A DNA stretch of 64,000 bases from an uncultured Pseudomonadales bacterium (GCA_964511345.1 CAZEEV010000001.1:220342-284341), one strand, 5' to 3'; counted from the first letter of the stretch, positions 48,817 through 58,776 are shown. Notes: generated by a model from the sequence alone, not told the origin. A program made the numbers and translations.

Positions 48817-49641
48817 ATGCTTGAAAATGGGCAAGAGATAGAGAGTACTGAATCCATACTTGAAGAAGTTTGGCTAACTCGTGGCACAAACAACAAACTA
48901 GCAGAAAAAGTTAGACTGCCTAATAAAATGAAGTCTGGGTATGGATTTCCCACATTTTTATCACTAAAGGAATCAACTTTGCATTTAGATCGTTTTGATA
49001 ATTATTTTGGAGAAGGCAATGAAAGAATTAGAATTTTTTGTTTTGGCTTGTTTGAAGATCGCACGATAGTTAATAAAAATACAAATATTAAACCAATCGG
49101 CTATTTATTTTTACAAGAAGTTGGTGGCAACAAGCCTCATATTGAATGTAGTGATAACTGGCTGCTTTCTATGATTACACACGTTACTAATCCAGACGGC
49201 ACAAATGGAATAGATCCATTGTTTTCGATAATAGAAGATGACTACCACAATTCACCTCATTCTAGGAAAATTCCTTTAGCAGCAATTCGAGTAGGTTCTG
49301 ACACTACATATAGAGAATCTAGAAATAAAACTATTGCAAAATTAGAAAAAAATGGCACAGCAAAACTCATAGAAATGTTAGAAGAAATGAAAAATAACCC
49401 GAGAAACATAAACGGTGGTGGAAATAATGAGAGGTTAGAAGAATTTCAACATACTCATCTCGGATTTGGCAAACTTATGTTATCTGGAGCGATTGATGTT
49501 TGTCGAAGAATTGGTTATGAAAAACTTTATATAAAAGGGGCAAATGAAAACTCACAAAAATTAGTGGCAAAGTCTTCATTTCCATATGTAAAATCAAGGG
49601 ATGGTGGATTTACAACTTTGATTATAGATACAAAGAAGTGA
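48817..49641 (+). CDS. Hypothetical protein with a C-terminal GNAT-like acetyltransferase core
   Basis: 274 aa. HLGFGKLMLSGAIDVCRRIGYEKLYIKGANENSQKL resembles GNAT motif A (acetyl-CoA P-loop and surrounding helix). The N-terminal 180 aa are unassigned. Confidence 0.35.
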   Translation: MLENGQEIESTESILEEVWLTRGTNNKLAEKVRLPNKMKSGYGFPTFLSLKESTLHLDRFDNYFGEGNERIRIFCFGLFEDRTIVNKNTNIKPIGYLFLQEVGGNKPHIECSDNWLLSMITHVTNPDGTNGIDPLFSIIEDDYHNSPHSRKIPLAAIRVGSDTTYRESRNKTIAKLEKNGTAKLIEMLEEMKNNPRNINGGGNNERLEEFQHTHLGFGKLMLSGAIDVCRRIGYEKLYIKGANENSQKLVAKSSFPYVKSRDGGFTTLIIDTKK

Positions 49642-49663
49642 GTATAACAATAGTAACAGCACT

Positions 49664-49924
49664 TTATTGATTGTGCCGAGACTCACTTAGTTTTTTCAAA
49701 AGGTCATCAATTTGCTCGGAAGTTGTATCTGGATTAGTTCCTAGGCGAAAAATTTCTTCTCCCAATTCATCACCAAACATTGCTTTGGTATTATCAAGCG
49801 CTTGCTTTTCCAATGGTGCAAGCATCTTGTCGAGTTGTAAAATATTGATAATCGCCAGCCTGTCAGCTGGAGACAAATTATTAAATTCTTCACGAATTTC
49901 TTCAATCTCTGTTTTAACTGCCAT
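49664..49924 (-). CDS. Hypothetical small acidic protein (86 aa)
   Basis: ORF only. Its upstream region contains the tRNA-Gly(TCC)-associated repeat. Confidence 0.3.
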   Translation of the reverse strand: MAVKTEIEEIREEFNNLSPADRLAIINILQLDKMLAPLEKQALDNTKAMFGDELGEEIFRLGTNPDTTSEQIDDLLKKLSESRHNQ

Positions 49925-49972
49925 ATGTTGCTATTTTAGCATATAATGTAGAATTTATAATCTTTGTCATAT

Positions 49973-50100
49973 GTGAAAGCGGGTGTCGCCCTGCGGGCAC
50001 TAGGCGGGTGTATCACGCTCTTTTGCCGTCGCCCTCTTCGAGGACTAGGCGGGCGCATCGCGCTTCGCTTGATTTGCGACTCGCCGTCGCCAGAATCTAG
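49973..50100 (-). repeat. tRNA-Gly(TCC)-associated repeat unit (partial tRNA 3' copy with a roughly 106-nt GC-rich insert containing two tandem sub-repeats)
   Basis: Minus strand GAUUCUGG[CGACGGCGAGUCGC...GCGCCCGCCUAGUCCUCGAAGAGGGCGACGG...ACACCCGCCUAGUGCCCGCAGGGCGA]CACCCGCUUUCA, against authentic CCGAUUCUGGUCACCCGCUCA. Confidence 0.6.
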
Positions 50101-50172
50101 ACTTAAAAAATTCCGTTTTTGCTTTACCACTTCATTTTAAAAATAGCCCATTTCTGGGCTATTTTTAAAATG

Positions 50173-50243
50173 AGCGGGTGACCAGAATCGGACTGGCTTC
50201 TTCTCCTTGGAAGGGAGACATACTACCGGTGTACTACACCCGC
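50173..50243 (-). tRNA. tRNA-Gly (anticodon UCC)
   Basis: Acceptor GCGGGTG/CACCCGC, anticodon loop CUUCCAA, T arm GCCAG-TCCGATT-CTGGT, discriminator U. The T-loop is slightly atypical (C at the usual U55). A terminator hairpin agcccatttctgggct follows at 50145-50160. Confidence 0.75.
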
Positions 50244-50324
50244 GGTTTTAGATTTTAAACTTTTGTGCTACTGATAAGCAACCCCAATAGTTTACCTCAT
50301 GCTCTATACAAAATAAAGTTGTAT

Positions 50325-51338
50325 CTAGAAAGTTAGGGTGTCAAAGTTTTTAATCGCTTTTTGCAAAGAAAAAAGCTGAATAGTAGGATTATTGGCAGCA
50401 TCAAAAAAACTGAAGGAGGCGAAGGGACCAGGGCTACCTTTCATCAAAAAAGGCGTCACTGCTTTGACTCTAGCATCGCTCCAGATATGCTGTAATGCAT
50501 ACAAATAGTAATCATCCAAATAGTAGTTAGTGAGATACGAAGAGGCCCAACCAGTTTCGGTAATGAAAACTTCGAAATCTTTGCCAGTTTTGTTTTTAAG
50601 CCAATTCAATTCATAGGTAAAACCACGTACGGAATTTTGGCCTTTTTTAGTTGGCGAAGCGGCAAAATCAGGATTCGGATAAGAATGAGAATTCCAATAA
50701 TCGATACTATCAAAAATGCCGTTATCAAAATCATAAAGACTTTTGAGATAGCTAAAAGCCTCTCTTGTTTCATGACTGTTGTTAGCTGCTAAATCCATGG
50801 CCGCGGGCAGAATTTTGTAATTTCTGCCTTCTGAACGAAACCAGCTACTGGTAAATTTCAAGGTCCCTCCATAGAGTAGGGGGTCAATTTTGCCACCCCA
50901 TTCGGCAGCGTGATTCACTTCATTGAAGACAATGACAAATTTTTCATTCTGGTGCCAATCTAAGTTTGACAAAAAATTAGCTAAACTCACGATATCCTTG
51001 CGACTAGGAATTTGCCAAGCATTAAGGTTAGTGTCAAAACGGGTTGATAGACGAACAATAGGAATTACTTTTAACTGATAAGCTTGATCAAAAAACTGCT
51101 GCCATTCTTGATGCTTGCCAATATCATTCAGGGTTAATGGAATTGTAACAAAACGCCAGGCTTCGTCCTTATAAATCTGTCTGAATTGATTAATTTCATC
51201 CGGATGCAAAATATGCATACCGAGAATTTGACTATTGAGGGTTTGTGCTCTAACTTGTTTGGAAACAAAATCAGTCACTAAAAACAAAAGGGCAAAAATC
51301 AGCGATACACAGAGAATTTTTAATTGATGCTTCACCAT
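50325..51338 (-). CDS. Secreted glycoside hydrolase, clan GH-A TIM barrel (GH5-like)
   Basis: 337 aa with a signal peptide. NEVNHAAEWGG (candidate acid/base Glu after Asn) and ITETGW (candidate nucleophile Glu) sit at the spacing expected for GH-A enzymes. Confidence 0.45.
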   Translation of the reverse strand: MVKHQLKILCVSLIFALLFLVTDFVSKQVRAQTLNSQILGMHILHPDEINQFRQIYKDEAWRFVTIPLTLNDIGKHQEWQQFFDQAYQLKVIPIVRLSTRFDTNLNAWQIPSRKDIVSLANFLSNLDWHQNEKFVIVFNEVNHAAEWGGKIDPLLYGGTLKFTSSWFRSEGRNYKILPAAMDLAANNSHETREAFSYLKSLYDFDNGIFDSIDYWNSHSYPNPDFAASPTKKGQNSVRGFTYELNWLKNKTGKDFEVFITETGWASSYLTNYYLDDYYLYALQHIWSDARVKAVTPFLMKGSPGPFASFSFFDAANNPTIQLFSLQKAIKNFDTLTF

Positions 51339-51343
51339 TTTTC

Positions 51344-52045
51344 TTGGCTAATTTTAACACAAATGCTATACTAAAAAAAGAGATGAAGAAATATTTATTA
51401 ATTTCTAGTTGGTTTTTATTGTCTACTTTAATAATTTTAGTGGGTAGTTTCGCTTATAGTTTTTATTTTTTATCAGAAAATAATCTACCATCAAAATTTG
51501 AACAAATTAAAACACCAAAAATCCAAAGTCCACAAGAAACTAAAAGTCCTTCCATGCTGGTTACTAGTGTCATAGAAAGCGAAGACGCTAGAGCTCAACT
51601 ACTTGCCCAATTTCTAGAAAGACACAGTTCACCCATGCAACCTTATGATTTCTATGGTAAGAAATTAGTGGAAATCGCCGATCGTTATCAGATAGATTTC
51701 CGTTTGCTCCCAGCAATTGCCATGCAAGAATCGAATTTATGCAAAAATCAAAATCCAGGCGCTCCTAAAAATTGTCTCGGTTTTGGCATTCACAAATCTG
51801 GAACACTTGATTTCGATAGTTATGAAGCCGGCTTTGAGCGAGCAGGTCGTGAACTTAAGGCTTATTACATTGACAAAGGTTTATTGACTGTCGAACAAAT
51901 TGAAAGTAAGTACACTCCATCAAGCAATGGCTCTTGGGCGAATTCCGTTAATCAATGGATGGCAGAAATTCGTTTCGATGATCGCCAAATGGGCAGAGAA
52001 AACGAAAATAATGCTAGTGCTTTGGAATTTGCCAAAGAGCAATAA
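51344..52045 (+). CDS. Membrane-anchored lysozyme-like/lytic transglycosylase-like protein
   Basis: 233 aa. N-terminal TM anchor; LPAIAMQESNLCKN resembles the SLT catalytic Glu-Ser motif. Confidence 0.3.
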   Translation: MANFNTNAILKKEMKKYLLISSWFLLSTLIILVGSFAYSFYFLSENNLPSKFEQIKTPKIQSPQETKSPSMLVTSVIESEDARAQLLAQFLERHSSPMQPYDFYGKKLVEIADRYQIDFRLLPAIAMQESNLCKNQNPGAPKNCLGFGIHKSGTLDFDSYEAGFERAGRELKAYYIDKGLLTVEQIESKYTPSSNGSWANSVNQWMAEIRFDDRQMGRENENNASALEFAKEQ

Positions 52046-52183
52046 ATTTCCTTCAATCAATCCAGACTTGACTATCTTATAATAATTGCTATAATACCTA
52101 TTAACTCAGAAGGTTTACTCCTCACCAGGATCTACGTTCTGAGATCAAAAAATCCCGCTTCTGGCGGGTTTTTTTGTAGATTG

Positions 52184-52264
52184 TGCCGAGGAGAGGACTT
52201 GAACCTCCATGGATTACTCCACACGCTCCTAAAACGTGCGCGTCTACCATTTCGCCACCCCGGC
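52184..52264 (-). tRNA. tRNA-Leu (anticodon UAG), long variable arm
   Basis: Acceptor GCCGGGG/CCTCGGC, anticodon loop UUUAGGA, a 13-nt variable arm, T arm GGAGG-TTCAAGT-CCTCT, discriminator A. A terminator cccgccagaagcggg plus a U-run follows at 52150-52180. Confidence 0.85.
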
Positions 52265-52292
52265 TTACAAATGATATTATACCCATATAGTT

Positions 52293-52946
52293 ATGGATTA
52301 CCAAATCAAAAGATCAAGTAAATCTCTGTCACTACGCATTAGCATTAATGCCAAAGCAGAAGTTATTGTTAGCGCTCCTAAATTCATGCCTGAATTTATG
52401 ATTCGCAAATTCGTCGAAGCTCAAAAAACCTGGATTGAAAATAATTTGGCCAAAGTCAAAAAAAATCAAATTCCAGTTAAAACAGATGAGCTATATATTT
52501 TTGATAAAAAGTATCAAATCATCATTAACGATCAAGCTGATAAAATGGGTATTTTTGTCAGGGGAGAGAAGATTTTTGTCAATAATTTAAGTAAAAAATC
52601 TCCAACTAAAATCAAACAGCAAATTGAAGATTTCCTCAAGAAAACTGCTTCAAAATATATTGCTACGCGCGCGCAAATTCTGGCCAAAGAAATGAACATT
52701 AGTTATCAACGAATTTCCTTGCGCGAGCAGAGTAGCCGTTGGGGCAGCTGCAGTTCTCGCGGCAACCTCAATTTCAATTGGCGACTGGTGCATTATCCAC
52801 CAGCCATCATTGACTATGTAATTATTCATGAGTTGGCCCACCGCCGTGAAATGAATCATTCCAAAAAATTCTGGGAGCTTGTCAAAAAACACGATAGTGA
52901 ATATCTAATCCACAAAGGGCAATTGCGAAAAAAACGGTATAATTAA
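52293..52946 (+). CDS. YgjP-like (DUF45/M48-related) zinc metallopeptidase
   Basis: 217 aa. C-terminal IIHELAHRREMNHSKKFW (HExxH plus downstream His). Confidence 0.6.
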   Translation: MDYQIKRSSKSLSLRISINAKAEVIVSAPKFMPEFMIRKFVEAQKTWIENNLAKVKKNQIPVKTDELYIFDKKYQIIINDQADKMGIFVRGEKIFVNNLSKKSPTKIKQQIEDFLKKTASKYIATRAQILAKEMNISYQRISLREQSSRWGSCSSRGNLNFNWRLVHYPPAIIDYVIIHELAHRREMNHSKKFWELVKKHDSEYLIHKGQLRKKRYN

Positions 52947-52961
52947 CTAGCGTAAAAATGT

Positions 52962-53648
52962 ATGTTAAAAGTTATTCACGGCGAAAACCAAGTTGCTTCC
53001 AGAAAAAAATTAGTTGAGCTAATCGAACAAGCCAAAAAGCAAAATAAAGAAATTGTTAATCTGAGTGCAGAGAAACTTGATCGTGCTAAATTAGAATCTG
53101 CGCTACTTAGCGAAAATCTTTTTGGCAATGAGAAATTGCTTATTATTGAGGGAATATATTCTTTACCCAAATCCAAGAAGAAAGACGAGTTCATAGAGTT
53201 AATCTCTTCTGCATCAATTGAGACAATTCTGTGGGATAAAAAATCACTCACTAAAACTGATTTCAAAAAATTACCCACTAATTTAGAAAATTTTGAATTT
53301 AAAATCACACCAAAAATGTGGTCTTTTTTAGACACTCTTTCTCCCAATCCCAAAGCCAAAACTTCAATGATGAAACTTTTCAAAGAAAGCGTTGAAGGTG
53401 ATGGAGCAGAATTTGTTTTTCTAATGATCGCTCGTCAAATTAGAATCTTAATCCAAGTCAAAGAAAACAATCCTCCCAAAATGGCTCCGTTCATGCTGAG
53501 CAAATTAAACAGACAAGCCAAAGAATTTTCTCTTCAAAAACTTTTAGATTTGCACCAACAACTCTATTTAATCGACCAAAAACAAAAACAATCTACAGGA
53601 TTATTGAGCCTGGAGAGCGAACTTGACCTTTTGCTTTTTAATATGTAA
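52962..53648 (+). CDS. holA: DNA polymerase III delta subunit-like (HolA), short form
   Basis: 228 aa. The N-terminal pattern (MLKVIHGEN...LFGNEKLLIIEG) resembles the clamp-loader delta N-domain. A weak call. Confidence 0.35.
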   Translation: MLKVIHGENQVASRKKLVELIEQAKKQNKEIVNLSAEKLDRAKLESALLSENLFGNEKLLIIEGIYSLPKSKKKDEFIELISSASIETILWDKKSLTKTDFKKLPTNLENFEFKITPKMWSFLDTLSPNPKAKTSMMKLFKESVEGDGAEFVFLMIARQIRILIQVKENNPPKMAPFMLSKLNRQAKEFSLQKLLDLHQQLYLIDQKQKQSTGLLSLESELDLLLFNM

Positions 53649-53691
53649 ATTAGCGTAGCTAGTTTAACTAGCACTGAAAGGTAAAACGCTT

Positions 53692-55113
53692 ATGTACCAA
53701 ATCGTTAAAAATATTAATCCCAACATTTTTCGCGGTTATGATCTTCGTGGGGTCATTGATGAAGATCTCAATGAGGATGTTTATTACACGCTAGGTCGAG
53801 CTTATGCAACTTTTCTTACCCAGCGCAGAATCAAAGAAGCAGCTGTGGGTAGAGACAATCGTCGCAATGGAGAAGTTTATGCTAAAGCGATGATTGCTGG
53901 CCTTAATGACGGTGGCATTAATACCATCGACATTGGCTACAGTATGAGTCAAATTGTTTATTATTCTTCTTATGAATATCACACTAAAGGCGGAGTGATG
54001 ATTTCTGCTTCTCATAATCCTGGTAATTACAACGGTTTGAAATTAAGTGTCGGTTATTCAGACACCATGATTACAGAAGAAATCGTAGAGCTTCGTGACA
54101 TCGCTGCTAAAGGTGAATTCAGTGAAGGACGTGGCAGCAATCGACAAGATGATATTTTTCCAGCCTACATGAAAAATGTGCTCAAATTATTTGAACTGAA
54201 GAATAATTGGAAAATTGTGATTGATACCTGTAATGCCACCGGCGGTCTGTTTTATCCTGAAATTTTTAGACAAGCTGGTTGCACTGTCATTGAACAAAAT
54301 ACTAACCTAGATAGCAGCTACCCACTAGGTGATCCAGATCCAACTGAAAGCAAAGTTTTAGAAAGACTAGCCAAAGGAGTCAAAGAGAACGGCGCCGACC
54401 TTGGTTTTGCTTTTGATGCAGATGGTGATCGCATGTCGGTGGTTGATGATCAAGGTCAAATTTTATGGATGGACACTATCGTCGCCTTATTCGCCAAAGA
54501 TGTTCTAGAAACTATGCCTGGTGCACCAATTGTCTATAACACACTTTGTTCAAGACAAGTGACTGAAAGCATTGTTGCTGCTGGTGGTAAACCAGTCATG
54601 TGGCTGACAGGTCATTCTTTTATTAAAGCCAAAGTCAAAGAGGCTCGCTCACCTTTTGGTGGTGAACTTTCTGGCCATATTTTCTTCATGGATAATTTTT
54701 ATGGTCATGATGATGGCGCTTATGCCTGTCTACGTCTTCTATCTTATCTTGAAAGAAGAAATCAAAAACTTAGTCAATTGGTGGCTGAATTACCCAAATA
54801 TATTAGCAGTCCAGAAATTAAATTTGGCTTGAGCGATGAAATTAAATTTAAATTCATTGCTGAAATAATCACCAAAGAATTTAAAGCACAATGGCCAGAC
54901 GCTGAATACATTGATATTGACGGCATTAGAATGGATATGTCAGATCAGATGGCGATTATTAGAGCCTCGCAAAACGGCCCCTATGCCACTGTGAAATTTG
55001 AGGCTAAAACTCAAGCTGGTTATGATGATTTGAAAAAAATTCTTAAGAGTATTTTGAGTAAATATTCAGAAATTGATTTACAAAAAGGTACTAATATTGA
55101 AGCTCTAGATTAA
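53692..55113 (+). CDS. Phosphomannomutase/phosphoglucomutase (alpha-D-phosphohexomutase)
   Basis: 473 aa. Active-site SASHNPGNYNGLK and metal loop FDADGDR. Confidence 0.85.
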   Translation: MYQIVKNINPNIFRGYDLRGVIDEDLNEDVYYTLGRAYATFLTQRRIKEAAVGRDNRRNGEVYAKAMIAGLNDGGINTIDIGYSMSQIVYYSSYEYHTKGGVMISASHNPGNYNGLKLSVGYSDTMITEEIVELRDIAAKGEFSEGRGSNRQDDIFPAYMKNVLKLFELKNNWKIVIDTCNATGGLFYPEIFRQAGCTVIEQNTNLDSSYPLGDPDPTESKVLERLAKGVKENGADLGFAFDADGDRMSVVDDQGQILWMDTIVALFAKDVLETMPGAPIVYNTLCSRQVTESIVAAGGKPVMWLTGHSFIKAKVKEARSPFGGELSGHIFFMDNFYGHDDGAYACLRLLSYLERRNQKLSQLVAELPKYISSPEIKFGLSDEIKFKFIAEIITKEFKAQWPDAEYIDIDGIRMDMSDQMAIIRASQNGPYATVKFEAKTQAGYDDLKKILKSILSKYSEIDLQKGTNIEALD

Positions 55114-55133
55114 TTGATTAAAGAAAGGTCATT

Positions 55134-56207
55134 ATGTCTAATTCTGTTTTAGAAGATCGATTAGCAATTAAAAAAATTGATCCAGATGGCGCCCTCGCTT
55201 CAGCAGAAAGCATCGCCGATCAAGTCAGACAAGTTTGGGAAGAACAAACTCAGATTGATTTAAGCAGCTATAAAAATATCGCTAATGTCGTAGTAGCTGG
55301 CATGGGTGGTTCAGCACTTGGAGCTGATTTTGTTCGCAGTTTTTACAAACACGAACTATCAGTTTCTTTGGAAATTTGCAAAGATTACACCTTACCTAAT
55401 TATGTGAATCAAAATACTTTAGTGATTCTCTCCAGTTATTCCGGTAGCACTGAAGAAACCCTTAATTGTGCCGAAGAAGCAGAACAAAAAGGAGCGATGA
55501 TCGCTGTTATTACCGCTGGTGGTAAATTAGCTCAATTAGCCAAAGACAAAAACTATCCGGGCTACATCATTAATCCTAAATTTAATCCTTCCAATCAACC
55601 ACGCATGGCCACTGCTTACAACATTATGGCTATGATTCTCATGTTGAAAAAGCTTCAATTGCTTAAGTTTGGAGAAGAAGATTTCCATCAGATTTTAGAT
55701 ACCATTAATGCCACTGCTCAACGTTGCTTGGTAGAAGTACCTCAAGACAAAAATCAGGCTAAAATTTTGGCTTACATGTTTGTAGAAAGAAGACCCATTT
55801 TAGTTGGAGCAGAATTTTTGGAAGGTGCTTTGCACATTGCCACCAATCAACTCAACGAAAATGCTAAAATTTTTGCTGACTACAAAATGATTCCAGAACT
55901 CAATCATCATTTACTTGAAGGCTTAACTTTTCCTAAGAGCAATGCATTGAATCATTTTTTTGTCTTCTTTCAATCAGATTTATATCGCAGTGAAGTGCAA
56001 AAAAGAATTTCACTCACTCAAAAAGCTTTGGAAAAAATCGGTATTGAAAGTATTGAAATCAAACTCGAATCTGAAAATAAGTTGATGCAGGCTTTTGAGC
56101 TAGTAACCTTGGGAACTTTTACCAACCTTTACCTGTCATATCTGGAAGGCACTAATCCCTGTCCTATTCCAATGGTGGATTGGTTTAAAGCACAACTAGA
56201 AAAGTAG
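55134..56207 (+). CDS. Bifunctional phosphoglucose/phosphomannose isomerase (SIS domain, archaeal-type PGI/PMI)
   Basis: 357 aa. A double SIS architecture with the typical length and motif content. Confidence 0.55.
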   Translation: MSNSVLEDRLAIKKIDPDGALASAESIADQVRQVWEEQTQIDLSSYKNIANVVVAGMGGSALGADFVRSFYKHELSVSLEICKDYTLPNYVNQNTLVILSSYSGSTEETLNCAEEAEQKGAMIAVITAGGKLAQLAKDKNYPGYIINPKFNPSNQPRMATAYNIMAMILMLKKLQLLKFGEEDFHQILDTINATAQRCLVEVPQDKNQAKILAYMFVERRPILVGAEFLEGALHIATNQLNENAKIFADYKMIPELNHHLLEGLTFPKSNALNHFFVFFQSDLYRSEVQKRISLTQKALEKIGIESIEIKLESENKLMQAFELVTLGTFTNLYLSYLEGTNPCPIPMVDWFKAQLEK

Positions 56208-56232
56208 TTGGCAATTTTATATACTCTTAGAC

Positions 56233-57489
56233 ATGGCAACAATCTATGCAATGCAAGCACGAGAGATTCTCGATGGTCGTGGTTGGCCCACAATTGAGCT
56301 TGTTTTGTGGTTAGATAATGGTTTTTCCACAATTACCTCTGTGCCATCAGCGATTTCCAGGAGTGAACACGATTCTTTGGAATTAAGAGATTTAGAGAAA
56401 AGAGCTGGCGGTCTTGGCGTACAAAAAGCCATTAACAATATTAATCAAATTATTGCTCCACAAATGATTGGCAAGGACGTCCTCAAACAAAGAGATATTG
56501 ACCAATTCTTGATCGACCTTGATGGCACGACTAATAAAAAAAAGCTTGGTTCTAACGCTATTTTAGCCGTTTCTCAAGCCGTGCTCAAAGCTGGAGCTTT
56601 GAGTGTTGGTTTACCACTTTATCAATATATTCAAAAAAAATATCAATTAATTAGTGAATTTAATTTACCCAATTGTATTATTACCGCTTTGGACGGAGGC
56701 ATTTATGGAGGTAAGAACTTAGACTTCCGCGAATTCTTTATTATTCCCGCCAGTCACATGTCCATAGATAAATCGATTGAAATGGCCATTACTTTGAAAC
56801 AAAAGATTGAAGATTTATTAATTAGTAAAGGCGCAATTCATTCTGTTGGCTCAAATGGGGGATTTAGCCCTAGTCTATACAAAAACACTGATGCATTCGA
56901 ATTATTGATTGAGGCTATCAAACAGAGTAGCTATAACTTTGCTCAAGATTTGTTCTTTGGTCTCAATAGCGCCGCTTATGATATTTATGAAGCTTCAAAA
57001 TATCGCTTACGTGACAATAATGAAGGCATGAGTGCTAATGAATTGATTGCCCTCTATAAAAAAATGAGGGAAAACTACAAACTAATTTATATCGAAGATC
57101 CTTTCGTTGAGAATGATGATGAAAAATGGCAAGAGCTAGTGAGAGAAATTGGTAAAACCACAACCATCGCTGGCTGCAATAACGTTTCTTCTCGAGCTTC
57201 GCTCATTAAGAATGGCATTAAAGATCAAAGCTTTAATGCTGTCGTTATCAAGCCAAAACATCTGGGTACTATCAGTGAAGTCATGGAAAGCGTTAAGTTA
57301 GTTAAAGATTCAAAAATGGATTTAATTATTTCGCAAAGTGGAGGTGAAACCAATGAAACTTTCATTGTCGATTTAGCAGTAGCAGTAGGAGCTAATTATG
57401 TGAAGCTAGGACCTCTTAACAGAGGAGAGCGCATCAGCAAGTATAATCGTTTACTAGAAATTAATCGCGAAATTCAGACTCCAACATAG
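56233..57489 (+). CDS. eno: Enolase
   Basis: 418 aa. AREILDGRGWPTIEL N-terminus and C-terminal SQSGGETNETFIVDLAVA...KLGPLNRGERISKYNRLLEI. Confidence 0.85.
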   Translation: MATIYAMQAREILDGRGWPTIELVLWLDNGFSTITSVPSAISRSEHDSLELRDLEKRAGGLGVQKAINNINQIIAPQMIGKDVLKQRDIDQFLIDLDGTTNKKKLGSNAILAVSQAVLKAGALSVGLPLYQYIQKKYQLISEFNLPNCIITALDGGIYGGKNLDFREFFIIPASHMSIDKSIEMAITLKQKIEDLLISKGAIHSVGSNGGFSPSLYKNTDAFELLIEAIKQSSYNFAQDLFFGLNSAAYDIYEASKYRLRDNNEGMSANELIALYKKMRENYKLIYIEDPFVENDDEKWQELVREIGKTTTIAGCNNVSSRASLIKNGIKDQSFNAVVIKPKHLGTISEVMESVKLVKDSKMDLIISQSGGETNETFIVDLAVAVGANYVKLGPLNRGERISKYNRLLEINREIQTPT

Positions 57490-57598
57490 TTTCAGCAAGT
57501 TTGATCTAAAAACCGAAATTTACCCGTTGACCTTTGCCTTTTTTTCGTTTATTTTATGGTTAATCTTCGTTATTTAATTTAAAAGCAAAGGAACTTCT

Positions 57599-58219
57599 AT
57601 GGCCATTACTCTCTATAAAAGACAGCGTCAAATCATTGATTTTATCGCGCAATATGTACAAAAAAATGGTTTTTCACCAACTCTCAAAGAGATTGCTGAA
57701 TCAATTAATGTCTCTTCTTTAGCTACTGTCCATGAGCACTTACAGGCTCTTGAACGCAAGAAGGTCATTCGTAAACACGAGGGAGCAGTGCGTGGCATTG
57801 AGCTAGTTGATCGTACTTTCTTAAATATTACTGACAGCGTTGATTTGCCATTTTTAGGATTCATTGCTGCCGGTTCACCAATTGAACCTCATAGTGATCC
57901 TAACGCTAGTTTCAAAGTTTCTCCAGAGATGATTACTGGCAAGAAGCGCGCTTATGTGTTACAGGTTCGTGGTAAATCCATGATTGAAGACCATATTGAT
58001 GATGGTGATTATGTAGTAATTGAAGAAACTCCTGAAGTAAATAATGGGGACATTGTCGTCGCTCTATTAGATAATGGCCTGGCCACTTTGAAAAGATTTT
58101 ACAAAGAAGTCACTCGCATTCGCTTGGAGCCAGCCAACTCCAGCATGAGCCCAATTTATGCGACCAATGTTCAAATTCAAGGCAGAGTAGTAGGACTAAT
58201 TCGTAAGTTTAGGTACTAA
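57599..58219 (+). CDS. lexA: LexA repressor (S24 peptidase)
   Basis: 206 aa. N-terminal wHTH (LKEIAESINVSSLATVHEHLQALERKKVIRK) and catalytic Ser/Lys (VRGKSMIED...LKR). Confidence 0.85.
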   Translation: MAITLYKRQRQIIDFIAQYVQKNGFSPTLKEIAESINVSSLATVHEHLQALERKKVIRKHEGAVRGIELVDRTFLNITDSVDLPFLGFIAAGSPIEPHSDPNASFKVSPEMITGKKRAYVLQVRGKSMIEDHIDDGDYVVIEETPEVNNGDIVVALLDNGLATLKRFYKEVTRIRLEPANSSMSPIYATNVQIQGRVVGLIRKFRY

Positions 58220-58221
58220 AC

Positions 58222-58776
58222 TTAGTTTTTAAACTCTATTTCTTTAGTTTTGAGTTCTTTGTTAACCCAAGTTCTTAAGGCGTACAAATAATCTGAAACT
58301 CTGTTAACAAATTGCAGAATTACTTCACGCACATCTCTTTCATTGTCTAGAGAAACCATTCTTCTCTCTAAGCGACGGCAAATAGTGCGAGATAAATCTA
58401 AAAATGCGGCAAGTTCTGAACCGCCAGGCAAAACAAATTTACTATGCCAATCTTGTCCCAATTCTTCTTGTAAAAAATCTATTTCTTTTTCTAAAAGCTT
58501 CACAAATTTTGCGTCCAAACGCACTTTGGGAGAAGCTGCTATTTCTGCACCCAATTTAAAAAGTTCATTTTGTAAATCAAGTAAAAAAGCATATTCCTGG
58601 AGCCAAATTTTCGTGCACCCAGACTGTTTTAGTTTAAGCACTACTATTCCCAAACTTGCATTAAATTCATCAAGCGTACCTAAAACTTCAAATACTAGGC
58701 TATTTTTTGGCAAACGCTCACCATTGATTAAAGCTGTTTTACCTTGATCTCCCATTTTGGTATAAATCTTTTTCAT
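58222..58776 (-). CDS. ATP:cob(I)alamin adenosyltransferase, PduO-type (MMAB family)
   Basis: 184 aa. MKKIYTKMGDQGKTAL...VFEVLGTLDEFNASLG matches the Cob_adeno_trans N-terminus. Confidence 0.7.
   Translation of the reverse strand: MKKIYTKMGDQGKTALINGERLPKNSLVFEVLGTLDEFNASLGIVVLKLKQSGCTKIWLQEYAFLLDLQNELFKLGAEIAASPKVRLDAKFVKLLEKEIDFLQEELGQDWHSKFVLPGGSELAAFLDLSRTICRRLERRMVSLDNERDVREVILQFVNRVSDYLYALRTWVNKELKTKEIEFKN

Noticed and set aside
52122-52304. 60-aa minus-strand ORF
   Set aside because: It lies entirely over tRNA-Leu and its terminator, so it is spurious.
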